A stretch of 11,282 nucleotides of DNA from Candidatus Micrarchaeota archaeon. Lineage in GTDB: Archaea; Micrarchaeota; Micrarchaeia; Anstonellales; Bilamarchaeaceae. The stretch spans positions 1 through 11,282 of the forward strand of contig JAQBFN010000015.1 of NCBI GenBank assembly GCA_032123335.1. The letters are read 5' to 3'. A program made the translations under genes and the position numbers. This document shows, one piece after another, positions 1-6,916 of the stretch. Numbering within the stretch: position 1 is the first letter of the stretch; each line of letters starts with the position of its first letter. The notes beneath the pieces are model-generated. The model was not told the origin of the DNA and did not search any database. It saw only the letters and a program-made list of their open reading frames with translations.

Positions 1-250
1 GGGAGCCCTTAATCCTGAGGTTTACCAGGGCTTCTGGGAGCACTGCGCCTGTGTGTGCTCCGGGCTCAAAGGCGTCAACATGCTGGGCAAAAATGTCCTT
101 GTTCGCATAGCGGGCGCGTGCAAGGTGTGTTGGGGGAGCGCAGATTACAACCCTTACTCCAGTGTTCTGCATCGCTTCGCGCGCAGCATCAACAAGAAGG
201 TCAAGCCTTCGGTATGTTTCCTCATAGCTTTTCAGGTTCAGGACTATCAT
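1..250 (-). CDS. tpiA: Triosephosphate isomerase, archaeal type (5' part; runs off the window edge)
   Basis: Manual translation from the ATG at 250: MIVLNLKSYEETYRRLDLLVDAAREAMQNTGVRVVICAPPTHLARARYANKDIFAQHVDAFEPGAHTGAVLPEALVNLRIKGS... It has the NxK motif with the catalytic Lys, AQHVD, GAHTG, and the GS that precedes the (L)NHSE motif. Absent from the ORF track because the stop codon is outside the window. Confidence 0.93.
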   Translation of the reverse strand, partial: MIVLNLKSYEETYRRLDLLVDAAREAMQNTGVRVVICAPPTHLARARYANKDIFAQHVDAFEPGAHTGAVLPEALVNLRIKGS

Positions 251-268
251 GGTCTGGGTATCCACAGC

Positions 269-280
269 AATATTATAAAA
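269..280. promoter_or_regulatory. TATA box(es) between divergent tpiA and translin
   Basis: AATATTATAAAA lies about 20-35 nt from both start codons (250 on minus, 303 on plus) in a 52-nt spacer. Confidence 0.6.
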
Positions 281-302
281 GCCTGTGCTGAGCAACTGGA
301 TT

Positions 303-833
303 ATGGACGTTGGAGAAGTGGAAAAAATCCTGCTTGGGAAGGAAAAAAACCTTGATGAGTATATCCGGGAGGAGAGGGGCCTGGTGAGGCTCTGCGCAAG
401 CTCAATAAAGGAAGTGCACCGCGGGAACCTTGAGAAAGCAAAGGAGCTGGCAGGGAAGGCAAAGGAGGGGATTGGTGCGCTACCTGCAGTGGAATGGAGG
501 AAACGGCACGTGGAGCAGGAGTATGCGGAAGCGATTGCGCTTATTTCGGTTTTTGAGGGAAACGAGGTGCCGGGGCATACGGAGATAGGTGTGGGGCCCG
601 AAGCTTATCTGCTGGGGCTCCTTGATTGCATTGGTGAACTCAAGAGGCTGGTTTTCGAGAGCCTCAGGAAGGGGGAAAGGGAAAAAGCTGAGAGGTATTT
701 TGTAAAAATGAGTGAAATTTACGAAGAAGTTGAGCACCTGCATTTCTCTTCCGCACTTGTTCCTGAAATGAGGCGGAAGCAGGATGTTGCAAGGATGCAG
801 GTTGAGGATGCGCGAGGCAAAATGATAAAATAG
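303..833 (+). CDS. Translin/TRAX (C3PO)-family RNA-binding protein/ribonuclease
   Basis: All-helical protein with QEYAEA, YLLGLLDCIGELKR and MRRKQDVAR motifs typical of archaeal translin-family proteins. ATG at 303 preferred over the ORF-track start at 285 because of TATA spacing. Confidence 0.85.
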   Translation: MDVGEVEKILLGKEKNLDEYIREERGLVRLCASSIKEVHRGNLEKAKELAGKAKEGIGALPAVEWRKRHVEQEYAEAIALISVFEGNEVPGHTEIGVGPEAYLLGLLDCIGELKRLVFESLRKGEREKAERYFVKMSEIYEEVEHLHFSSALVPEMRRKQDVARMQVEDARGKMIK

Positions 834-864
834 GTTTAGTGGAGATAAAGGATAGGTGCAGAAT

Positions 865-1854
865 ATGATACGAAAAATGTTTGTTTTGTTTGCGGTGCTC
901 CTGCTTTTTGCAGGGTGCCCTTCGGATGATGGAGGAACGACCCCCACAACTTCAACCAGTGGGGGGGAAAGCGGAACCGGGGAAGTGCAGGAGCACTTCC
1001 AGATTGAAGAAGGAACAAAAACAAGTGCTTCTTCAGGGGAAAAAGAAGAGGGGGAAACCACTCCGGCAGTTGAATATGCGGAAGATGTGAACGATAACCT
1101 GTTTGTGTATTTCATTACTGTGGGTTATGGGGATACGCAGGGAGATGCAATACTGGTGAAGAAGGGGGATTTTGACATGGTCATTGATGGGGGGCCTGTA
1201 GAGAACAAGCATAAAGTAGTGAATTATCTTTTCGGGAAAGGGGTTGATGATATCGAGGTTCTTGTTTCCACCCATGATGACCCGGAGCATTCCGGTGGGC
1301 TTTCGTACATTGGGGAGAACTTCCACGTGGGGGAGGTGTGGAGGCCGAAAGAAGGCTCTGGAGCTTATGGGGCAATGCTGGAAGCGATAGGCGCTGAGCA
1401 CGGAGTAAAATACATGGGCAAGAATGATGAAAGGATATTCAATGGAATCCATGTGCTCGTGAGGAACCCTGAACCAACTGATGAAAGGTTCTTTGACCCG
1501 GATAATGATGCAATAGTTCTAAGGCTTGAGGACAGGGGATTCTGCATCCTGCTTACTGCGGATATTGATGGAAGCGCGCAGACGATAATCCTTATGGACT
1601 CCGAGCCCTGTGAAGTTGTGCAGATGCCCTGGCATGGGATGAGCGAAGGGCTGAGCAACCTGGATTACTTCTTTGACAGGCTGAAGCCGCGTGACGTGAT
1701 TATAAGCGGAAGCTCAAAAGACTGGACAAATTCCAGGCAGACCCTTTACAACAAGGCTGCGCTCAGGGACATAACAGTATACGAGAATTATGAGGGGGAC
1801 GCTGCAAAAGTAACCTTCAACGGAGAAGAGTACGCAATTACCATAGAGGGATAA
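865..1854 (+). CDS. Secreted lipoprotein with ComEC/Rec2-like metallo-beta-lactamase fold domain
   Basis: Signal peptide ending in the lipobox LLLFAGC, then a Thr/Ser/Gly/Glu-rich linker, then VG..QGDAIL, IDGG, STHDDPEHSGG, NDxAIVL, LLTADI and PWHG motifs. SD-like AGGTG at 854-858 precedes the ATG at 865. Confidence 0.82.
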   Translation: MIRKMFVLFAVLLLFAGCPSDDGGTTPTTSTSGGESGTGEVQEHFQIEEGTKTSASSGEKEEGETTPAVEYAEDVNDNLFVYFITVGYGDTQGDAILVKKGDFDMVIDGGPVENKHKVVNYLFGKGVDDIEVLVSTHDDPEHSGGLSYIGENFHVGEVWRPKEGSGAYGAMLEAIGAEHGVKYMGKNDERIFNGIHVLVRNPEPTDERFFDPDNDAIVLRLEDRGFCILLTADIDGSAQTIILMDSEPCEVVQMPWHGMSEGLSNLDYFFDRLKPRDVIISGSSKDWTNSRQTLYNKAALRDITVYENYEGDAAKVTFNGEEYAITIEG

Positions 1855-1858
1855 AACA

Positions 1859-2959
1859 ATGAAGATTGTGCAGGCTGTGCACCTTTTCCCGCCCCAGATC
1901 GGGGGTGTTGAGAGGCACACCTATGAGCTCTGCAAGGATCTTGCTGAGATGGGGGAAAACGTAATTGTGCACACAACCGGGAAGCCCGGGAAAGAGAAGG
2001 AGCCGTTTGAGGTGAAAAGGCACTGGGGCCTGAAAACCCCCTTCTTTTCTTCAGTGGTTTGGGTCCCGTTTCTGTCAATAAGGCTGATGATGGAAGATGC
2101 GGACATATATGCGTCCCATGGATACGGTTCTTTGATGCCGGTGTGCACTGCATTTGCGGCAATGGTGAAGAGGAAGCCGTTTGTGCTTACTGTGCACGGT
2201 TATCCGCAGCTAAGCGGGTTTGCGCGCATTGCGCAGTGGATTTACAGGAATACTTTTGCAAGATTTGTGCTTTGGAGGGCGGATAAAGTAATCGTGGTTT
2301 CAAGGGAATCCAAAAAATATCTTGAAGGGCAGGTGGACAGGAAGAAGCTGGTTTACATCCCGAATGGAGTGGATACGGAGATGTTCAAATGCCCTCCATT
2401 TACTGAAGGGGAATACATTTCATACATCGGAAGGGTGGACAAGGACAAGAGAGTGGGGATGCTGATTAATGCGTTGGGGAAAATGAAAGAAAAGCAAAAG
2501 CTTCTTGTTGCGGGAAACGATGAGGGGGGAAGGCCCGGGCTCAGGAAGCTCGCGGAAAACCTTGGGCTGGATGCGGAGTTTACCCAGGTTGTACCCGAAG
2601 AGGTTGCACAGATATACTGCTACTCAAAAGCTGTTGTGCTTCCCAGCAGGTACGAGGGTTTCTCGCTGGTGTGGCTGGAGGCAATGGCTGCGGGAAGGCC
2701 GATGTTCTCAACCCCTGTGGGGCAGGCTCCTGAATTGTTCCGGGAGGTTTATGGAAAGGACGCGGAGAAGTTTCTTTTCCCGGATGAAGATGGGCTTATT
2801 GACAGGCTGGAGTATTTTGTGAAACATGAAAAAGAGTTTGTAAGCATTGTGGAAAATGCGCAAAAGAAAGTTGCGAAAAACTATTCCTGGAAGGCAATGG
2901 CGGAGAAAACACTCAACGTGTATGAATCCGCAAGGATAAAAGGAAAAGAGAAAAATTAG
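1859..2959 (+). CDS. Glycosyltransferase family 4 (GT-B fold)
   Basis: N-terminal FPPQIGGVERH, TVHG, IPNGVD, YIGRVDKDK, and PSRYEGFSLVWLEAMAAG (EX7E motif). Confidence 0.93.
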   Translation: MKIVQAVHLFPPQIGGVERHTYELCKDLAEMGENVIVHTTGKPGKEKEPFEVKRHWGLKTPFFSSVVWVPFLSIRLMMEDADIYASHGYGSLMPVCTAFAAMVKRKPFVLTVHGYPQLSGFARIAQWIYRNTFARFVLWRADKVIVVSRESKKYLEGQVDRKKLVYIPNGVDTEMFKCPPFTEGEYISYIGRVDKDKRVGMLINALGKMKEKQKLLVAGNDEGGRPGLRKLAENLGLDAEFTQVVPEEVAQIYCYSKAVVLPSRYEGFSLVWLEAMAAGRPMFSTPVGQAPELFREVYGKDAEKFLFPDEDGLIDRLEYFVKHEKEFVSIVENAQKKVAKNYSWKAMAEKTLNVYESARIKGKEKN

Positions 2960-2963
2960 AAAT

Positions 2964-4616
2964 CTAGTCTTCTGCAATATCCCCTACGAGTGCTGCGTAT
3001 GCGGGCCTGGAGATAAGGAGTCCGAGCAGCGAGCCCATGATTGTGGAAATTGCAAACCCGATTATCTCAACCATTCCTGAGAACAGGAGGGGGAGCATTG
3101 CAAAGATTGCGACCGTAACGTTCGTAGTAATGATTGCAAATGCATATTCCAGGCGGTCGTGCGGGGTTCCCTGGTTCTTCTTGAGGAGCTCGTCCGTAAT
3201 TACAATCTGGGCATCTACACCCACACCGATTGCTGCAATGATTCCTGCCATCGCTGCGAGGTCGATTGTAAAGGAGCCAAGGATTGAAAGCAGGATTATC
3301 AGCTCTGAAACGCTGATTGCGATAATCGGGAGAAGTATCTTGGTTTTCCTGTACCTGACTGAAACGAACAGGGAAATTGCTATCAAAGCAAGGAACAGCC
3401 CGATTATGCTGAGGCGCAGGAACTCCTCCCCAAGCGGGGCAGGGATTGTTGTTTTGCTCCCAATTGAAATCTGGATTGGGAGTGCTCCTCCTTTCAGGAT
3501 AGATTCGATGCTTTTTGCGCTGTTATAAGCGTTTATCTGCCTTTCCTGGCCGACCCCGTCTGCAGCACCACTTATGATGTAGCCATAGCTTGGGGTCCCC
3601 ACCGTAACTGAGGGGTTGAGGATCGGGGAGGAAAGGAGGCCGACTGCCTGCCATTTATCCACTATGAATTCCCCAGTCCCGATCTGGGAAATGCGTGGGG
3701 ATATTTCTTCATCCTCTATCACCAGGAGGATGAAGCCCTGGGCTTCAAGCTGGGAGCGCACAATCTCCTCAAGAGAGTCTGAAACAATTGCTTTTGTTTT
3801 GTTGGATGCGGGCTCCAGGGAGCTTAGGTTCACCTCATCATAGAAATAGACTGTTATGTTGCCTTCATCAAGCAGAAGCGCCTTCTGGAATGCGGATTGC
3901 GCAAGCTGCCTGTCCTTGATTTCAAGGTTTGCGCTTGCCTCTTCCCAGGTAAGAATTACGATTGCGTCCGTAGGGCGGTCCAGGTACATGTAAAGCGGGT
4001 AGTTTGCCTTGCCCTGTACTGTTGAGGCAAAGGTTTCTGCACCATCCCTGGTTACTGAAAACTGGACTCCCCAGTCAGCGCCCTGGAGGTATGCTGTGGG
4101 TACTCCCTGGATTGTACCCGGAAGGATTCCGTCCCCTCCAAGTGCGGTTTTTCCATCAACAACTCCCTGGAAAACACCCTGATGGGAAAGCAAATCCTCC
4201 ACTGAGGAAATGAGCTCGGGGTTACCGCTCGGGACTTCTACATTAATTTGGGAGTCTCCTACTGCACGCACCTTTACTTCCGTAAGGCCAAATGTGGATG
4301 CACGCTTCTTGATTATGTCCACCATCTCGCCCATTGTAGTCTGGGAAGCAGAGGATTCCAGAAGTACCGGGATTCTTGTACCACCGCTGAAATCGATTCC
4401 GAATTTCATCCCGTTTAATCCCATATTCAATACTGCGAGCAAAACGATTGCTGCAAGCGCGAGGAGCTTGAGCTCTTTTTCCTTCCAGAAAGAAGAGAGC
4501 GCTCCAAAAATTATCAATGAGAAGATAAGTATGAGGCCGGAATAGGCTGCATACAAAAGAATTCCTGCTGCGAAAAGGAGGAAGATTATTCCAAGGAGGT
4601 ATTTGTGGTCTATCAT
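2964..4616 (-). CDS. secD: Protein translocase subunit SecD (archaeal)
   Basis: FGIDFSGGT after the TM1 equivalent, large extracytoplasmic domain, LKGGALP, and a C-terminal TM bundle with IGVGVDAQIVITDE. Directly downstream of secF. Confidence 0.93.
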   Translation of the reverse strand: MIDHKYLLGIIFLLFAAGILLYAAYSGLILIFSLIIFGALSSFWKEKELKLLALAAIVLLAVLNMGLNGMKFGIDFSGGTRIPVLLESSASQTTMGEMVDIIKKRASTFGLTEVKVRAVGDSQINVEVPSGNPELISSVEDLLSHQGVFQGVVDGKTALGGDGILPGTIQGVPTAYLQGADWGVQFSVTRDGAETFASTVQGKANYPLYMYLDRPTDAIVILTWEEASANLEIKDRQLAQSAFQKALLLDEGNITVYFYDEVNLSSLEPASNKTKAIVSDSLEEIVRSQLEAQGFILLVIEDEEISPRISQIGTGEFIVDKWQAVGLLSSPILNPSVTVGTPSYGYIISGAADGVGQERQINAYNSAKSIESILKGGALPIQISIGSKTTIPAPLGEEFLRLSIIGLFLALIAISLFVSVRYRKTKILLPIIAISVSELIILLSILGSFTIDLAAMAGIIAAIGVGVDAQIVITDELLKKNQGTPHDRLEYAFAIITTNVTVAIFAMLPLLFSGMVEIIGFAISTIMGSLLGLLISRPAYAALVGDIAED

Positions 4617-4618
4617 TT

Positions 4619-5701
4619 CTATCCCCTCCGTTCTTTATAGTGGAGAACCATCACCGCGTTTAATCCCCACGTGGCGAAAAGGTCTCCAACAAGCCCGGCT
4701 AATGCGACAGCTGAAATTTCATAGTATGTAGGTATGTGCGTAAGCATAGCAAGTATGAACAGTGCTGAGAATGCGATTATTCCTGTAAAACTCATCGTCA
4801 TTCCTGTTTTCATTGCATCGAATGCGTTTTCCCTTGGGTCTCCCCTCCGTTTCAGGATCCTCATGGTAAGGAGAATATCCGTATCCAGCGAGTATCCGAT
4901 AAGCATCAGGAGGGCTGCAAAGGATGGGAGTGAAAGTGGGATTCCAAAAAGGCTCATCGCACCCAGAGCAATTATGATATCGCTGAATGCGCCCACAAGC
5001 ACTGCGGCGCTTGGAATTGGGGCGCGGAAAAAGAAGAATACGAGTATTACACTGAGTATTGCGGAATATAACACCACTGTGCCTGCCTGGTCAATGAAGT
5101 GGAGGCTAAGTGCTGCGCTTACCGTTTCGGTGGAAACGCTGGTGTAGGTTGCATGGGCATCTATGATCTTCATTATCCTTTCGGTCTGGAGGGAGTAAAT
5201 CTGGCGGTATGCATCTGAGAAAAGAGTTCTCAGCTGGTTCAGGTTGGGCTGCAGTTCTGCCCTTGTGTTTGAGCCCGCAAGCTCGAACATCCTATTTGCA
5301 ATTGAATCCAGCTCTGCCCTTTTTTCCTGATATTCTGCCTCCACTTCTGGGTCATCATAAGATTGTGCTTCAAGGAAGGAAACCTCATCCAGAAGGTCGT
5401 TGAACTGCTCTTTTAGTGCATCCGCCTCAACCAGGGTGTCGGTTTGGGAAACCTCTATTTCTGCTGTATCCACAACCGTTCCTTCAAAAACATTAACTTC
5501 TGCATCAAAGCCGTTTGATGAAAGGTCCTCCTGCAATGCGGCTGCGTCCATTGTTCCTGTGAGCTGGAGGGTAACCAGTGTTCCTCCCCTGAAATCAACC
5601 CCGAACTGGAGGTTGGGTATCAGGAATATTGAAATTACGATTAGTAATAGGGGTATTATGGTAAGGAGGCGATAGTCTCCCTTGTAAATGTTTGGAATCA
5701 T
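4619..5701 (-). CDS. secF: Protein translocase subunit SecF (archaeal)
   Basis: FGVDFRGGT, AALLMLIGYSLDTDILLT and GLVGDLFATWGLNA. SD-like GAGGT 7 nt upstream of the ATG. Confidence 0.93.
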   Translation of the reverse strand: MIPNIYKGDYRLLTIIPLLLIVISIFLIPNLQFGVDFRGGTLVTLQLTGTMDAAALQEDLSSNGFDAEVNVFEGTVVDTAEIEVSQTDTLVEADALKEQFNDLLDEVSFLEAQSYDDPEVEAEYQEKRAELDSIANRMFELAGSNTRAELQPNLNQLRTLFSDAYRQIYSLQTERIMKIIDAHATYTSVSTETVSAALSLHFIDQAGTVVLYSAILSVILVFFFFRAPIPSAAVLVGAFSDIIIALGAMSLFGIPLSLPSFAALLMLIGYSLDTDILLTMRILKRRGDPRENAFDAMKTGMTMSFTGIIAFSALFILAMLTHIPTYYEISAVALAGLVGDLFATWGLNAVMVLHYKERRG

Positions 5702-5743
5702 GCTAAAGACCTCAAAAATTCTTAGAGGATATTAATGTGCAAC

Positions 5744-5751
5744 TTTTAAAA
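5744..5751. promoter_or_regulatory. Palindromic TATA box (TTTTAAAA) upstream of tRNA-Gly(TCC), possibly shared with secF
   Basis: 29-36 nt upstream of the tRNA 5' end and 43-50 nt upstream of the secF ATG on the other strand. Confidence 0.5.
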
Positions 5752-5779
5752 ACTGAACTAAATTATGAATACACCCCAA

Positions 5780-5850
5780 GCGACCGTAGTCTAGCGGTAG
5801 GATCTTGGCCTTCCAAGCCAATGACCCGGGTTCGAACCCCGGCGGTCGCA
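5780..5850 (+). tRNA. tRNA-Gly (anticodon TCC)
   Basis: Acceptor GCGACCG/CGGTCGC plus A73; anticodon arm TTGGC-CTTCCAA-GCCAA (TCC at 5812-5814); T-arm CCGGG-TTCGAAC-CCCGG. No intron, no encoded CCA. Confidence 0.97.
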
Positions 5851-5852
5851 TA

Positions 5853-5881
5853 CACCAGGCGGGGCTCCGCCCCTCCTAGTG
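5853..5881. repeat. Imperfect inverted repeat immediately 3' of tRNA-Gly(TCC)
   Basis: CAC-c-AGG-c-GGGGC-TCC-GCCCC-t-CCT-a-GTG: 11 pairs with 2 mismatches. Confidence 0.7.
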
Positions 5882-5929
5882 GAACCAACCCCGTTTATGA
5901 ATATAAATCCGTTATGTGATGGGATGTGT

Positions 5930-6031
5930 ATGGATTTGGACCAGTTAGATCAGTCTACAGTAGAGCTGCACTGGAATAACCAGTCTGATGAGAAATCTGA
6001 AAACTTTTATAGGAAAAAATATTTGGTGTAG
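5930..6031 (+). CDS. Possible small ORF (33 aa, MDLDQLDQSTVELHWNNQSDEKSENFYRKKYLV)
   Basis: Open frame from ATG 5930 to TAG 6031, with a TATA-like ATATAAAT at 5901-5908 and a G-rich tract upstream and a hairpin at the stop. No recognisable homology. Confidence 0.25.
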   Translation: MDLDQLDQSTVELHWNNQSDEKSENFYRKKYLV

Positions 6032-6053
6032 TGGGATACTGGAAACCTACTGC
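6028..6053 (+). terminator. Hairpin followed by a pyrimidine tract upstream of the endonuclease promoter
   Basis: GTAGTGGG / CCTACTGC 8-bp stem (2 G-U), 10-nt loop, followed by CTCCTTCT. Function is inferred. Confidence 0.3.
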
Positions 6054-6062
6054 CTCCTTCTG

Positions 6063-6070
6063 TATTTAAA
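6063..6070 (+). promoter_or_regulatory. TATA box for a probably leaderless LAGLIDADG transcript
   Basis: TATTTAAA 22-29 nt upstream of the ATG at 6092; no obvious SD sequence before the ATG. Confidence 0.55.
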
Positions 6071-6091
6071 TGCAAAAAATGAGATATTTTA

Positions 6092-6796
6092 ATGGATGCG
6101 GAACGGTTGAGCGAGATAAATCGGCTTAAAGTCATCAATCGTTGGAAGAAAGTTCATTCAAAAGAGCTGGCTTACATCCAAAAAAATGAAAATGCTGCCC
6201 TTCATCTGAAGGCTAGGATTTTTGGCTACCTTGCTGGGGATGGGCATGTTGGGCTAAGAAAAGAAAGAAAATCTGGAAAAATGCATGGAGATATCGCATT
6301 CTATCCAGACCACAAATCCATGATAGAACCTTTTTGTTATGCATTTAGAAAAGTGTATGGAAAGAAGGCGCACATACGAGATTTGGGAAGATATTATTGC
6401 GTCCGATTCAACTCAGTTGTGTGTGCAAAGAGCTTGCTAGACTCTGGTTCGTTCTCCACCTATTCCTGGAGTGTGCCGGATTGGATATATGAAAGCAGAG
6501 AATACAGCAGAGAATGGATTAGAGGATTTTTCGATTCTGAAGCATGTGTTGGAAAGAGGCACATAACTGTCCAAAGCGTGAATAAGGAAGGATTGGTCCA
6601 AGTAAAGAAGATGCTAGCGCAGTTTGATATAGGTGTCTACGAGTACAGATACAAAAGGAAGAATCCGAATTACAAACTAAATTATCATCTGATAATTTGC
6701 AACAAAAAGAGTAGAAACAATTTTTTAAAGAGAATCGGTCTTAATCACAAGGAGAAACTAAAGAAACTCCAATGCCAGGATGGCGGAACCCGGTGA
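6092..6796 (+). CDS. Free-standing double-motif LAGLIDADG homing endonuclease
   Basis: Motif 1 ARIFGYLAGDGHV and motif 2 EWIRGFFDSEACV, about 100 aa apart; VPDWI linker; C-terminal FLKRIGLNHKEKLKKL. Very basic and AT-richer than flanking genes. No intein splice junctions or host protein. Confidence 0.9.
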   Translation: MDAERLSEINRLKVINRWKKVHSKELAYIQKNENAALHLKARIFGYLAGDGHVGLRKERKSGKMHGDIAFYPDHKSMIEPFCYAFRKVYGKKAHIRDLGRYYCVRFNSVVCAKSLLDSGSFSTYSWSVPDWIYESREYSREWIRGFFDSEACVGKRHITVQSVNKEGLVQVKKMLAQFDIGVYEYRYKRKNPNYKLNYHLIICNKKSRNNFLKRIGLNHKEKLKKLQCQDGGTR

Positions 6797-6857
6797 TCGT
6801 GCTCGTCTCGAAAACGAGTCCCGCAAGGGATTGCAGGTTCAAATCCTGCTCCTGGCG
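6774..6857 (+). tRNA. tRNA-Ser (anticodon CGA)
   Basis: Acceptor GCCAGGA/TCCTGGC plus G73; anticodon arm CTCGT-CTCGAAA-ACGAG (CGA at 6809-6811); long variable arm TCCC-GCAA-GGGA; T-arm GCAGG-TTCAAAT-CCTGC. Confidence 0.96.
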
Positions 6858-6916
6858 TGCAACCCACCATCAAGCTCTAAAAATATGCAAGAGCATATCC
6901 GGTTTGAACGGTGTGT

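Noticed and set aside
53..355. Plus-strand ORFs 53..355 and 55..291 from the track
   Set aside because: Antisense shadows of tpiA, which has clear motifs on the minus strand.
3037..5675. Long plus-strand ORFs opposite secD/secF (and similar ones at 480..1115 and 9209..9760)
   Set aside because: Antisense to well-supported genes, with no motifs or translation signals.
5916..6000. Possible C/D box sRNA (GTGATGG ... CTGATGA ... CTGA)
   Set aside because: Imperfect C box, box spacing unlike the usual two short guide regions, and no terminal stem.
6024..6058. D-arm-like TG-GTGT-AGTGGG-ATAC suggesting a tRNA fragment or split-tRNA half
   Set aside because: No acceptor 5' strand, a poor anticodon stem and no matching 3' half. 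The alternative 8-bp hairpin (6028-6053) explains the sequence at least as well.
6092..6796. LAGLIDADG as part of an intein or of a tRNA/rRNA intron
   Set aside because: No Cys/Ser start block, no His-Asn end and no extein. The flanking tRNAs are each complete and uninterrupted, and I see no exon halves or bulge-helix-bulge around the ORF.
6774..6857. Selenocysteine/suppressor tRNA or recoded TGA at the endonuclease end
   Set aside because: The anticodon is CGA with a standard 7-bp acceptor stem. Nothing protein-like is expected past the TGA, since the downstream sequence is tRNA.
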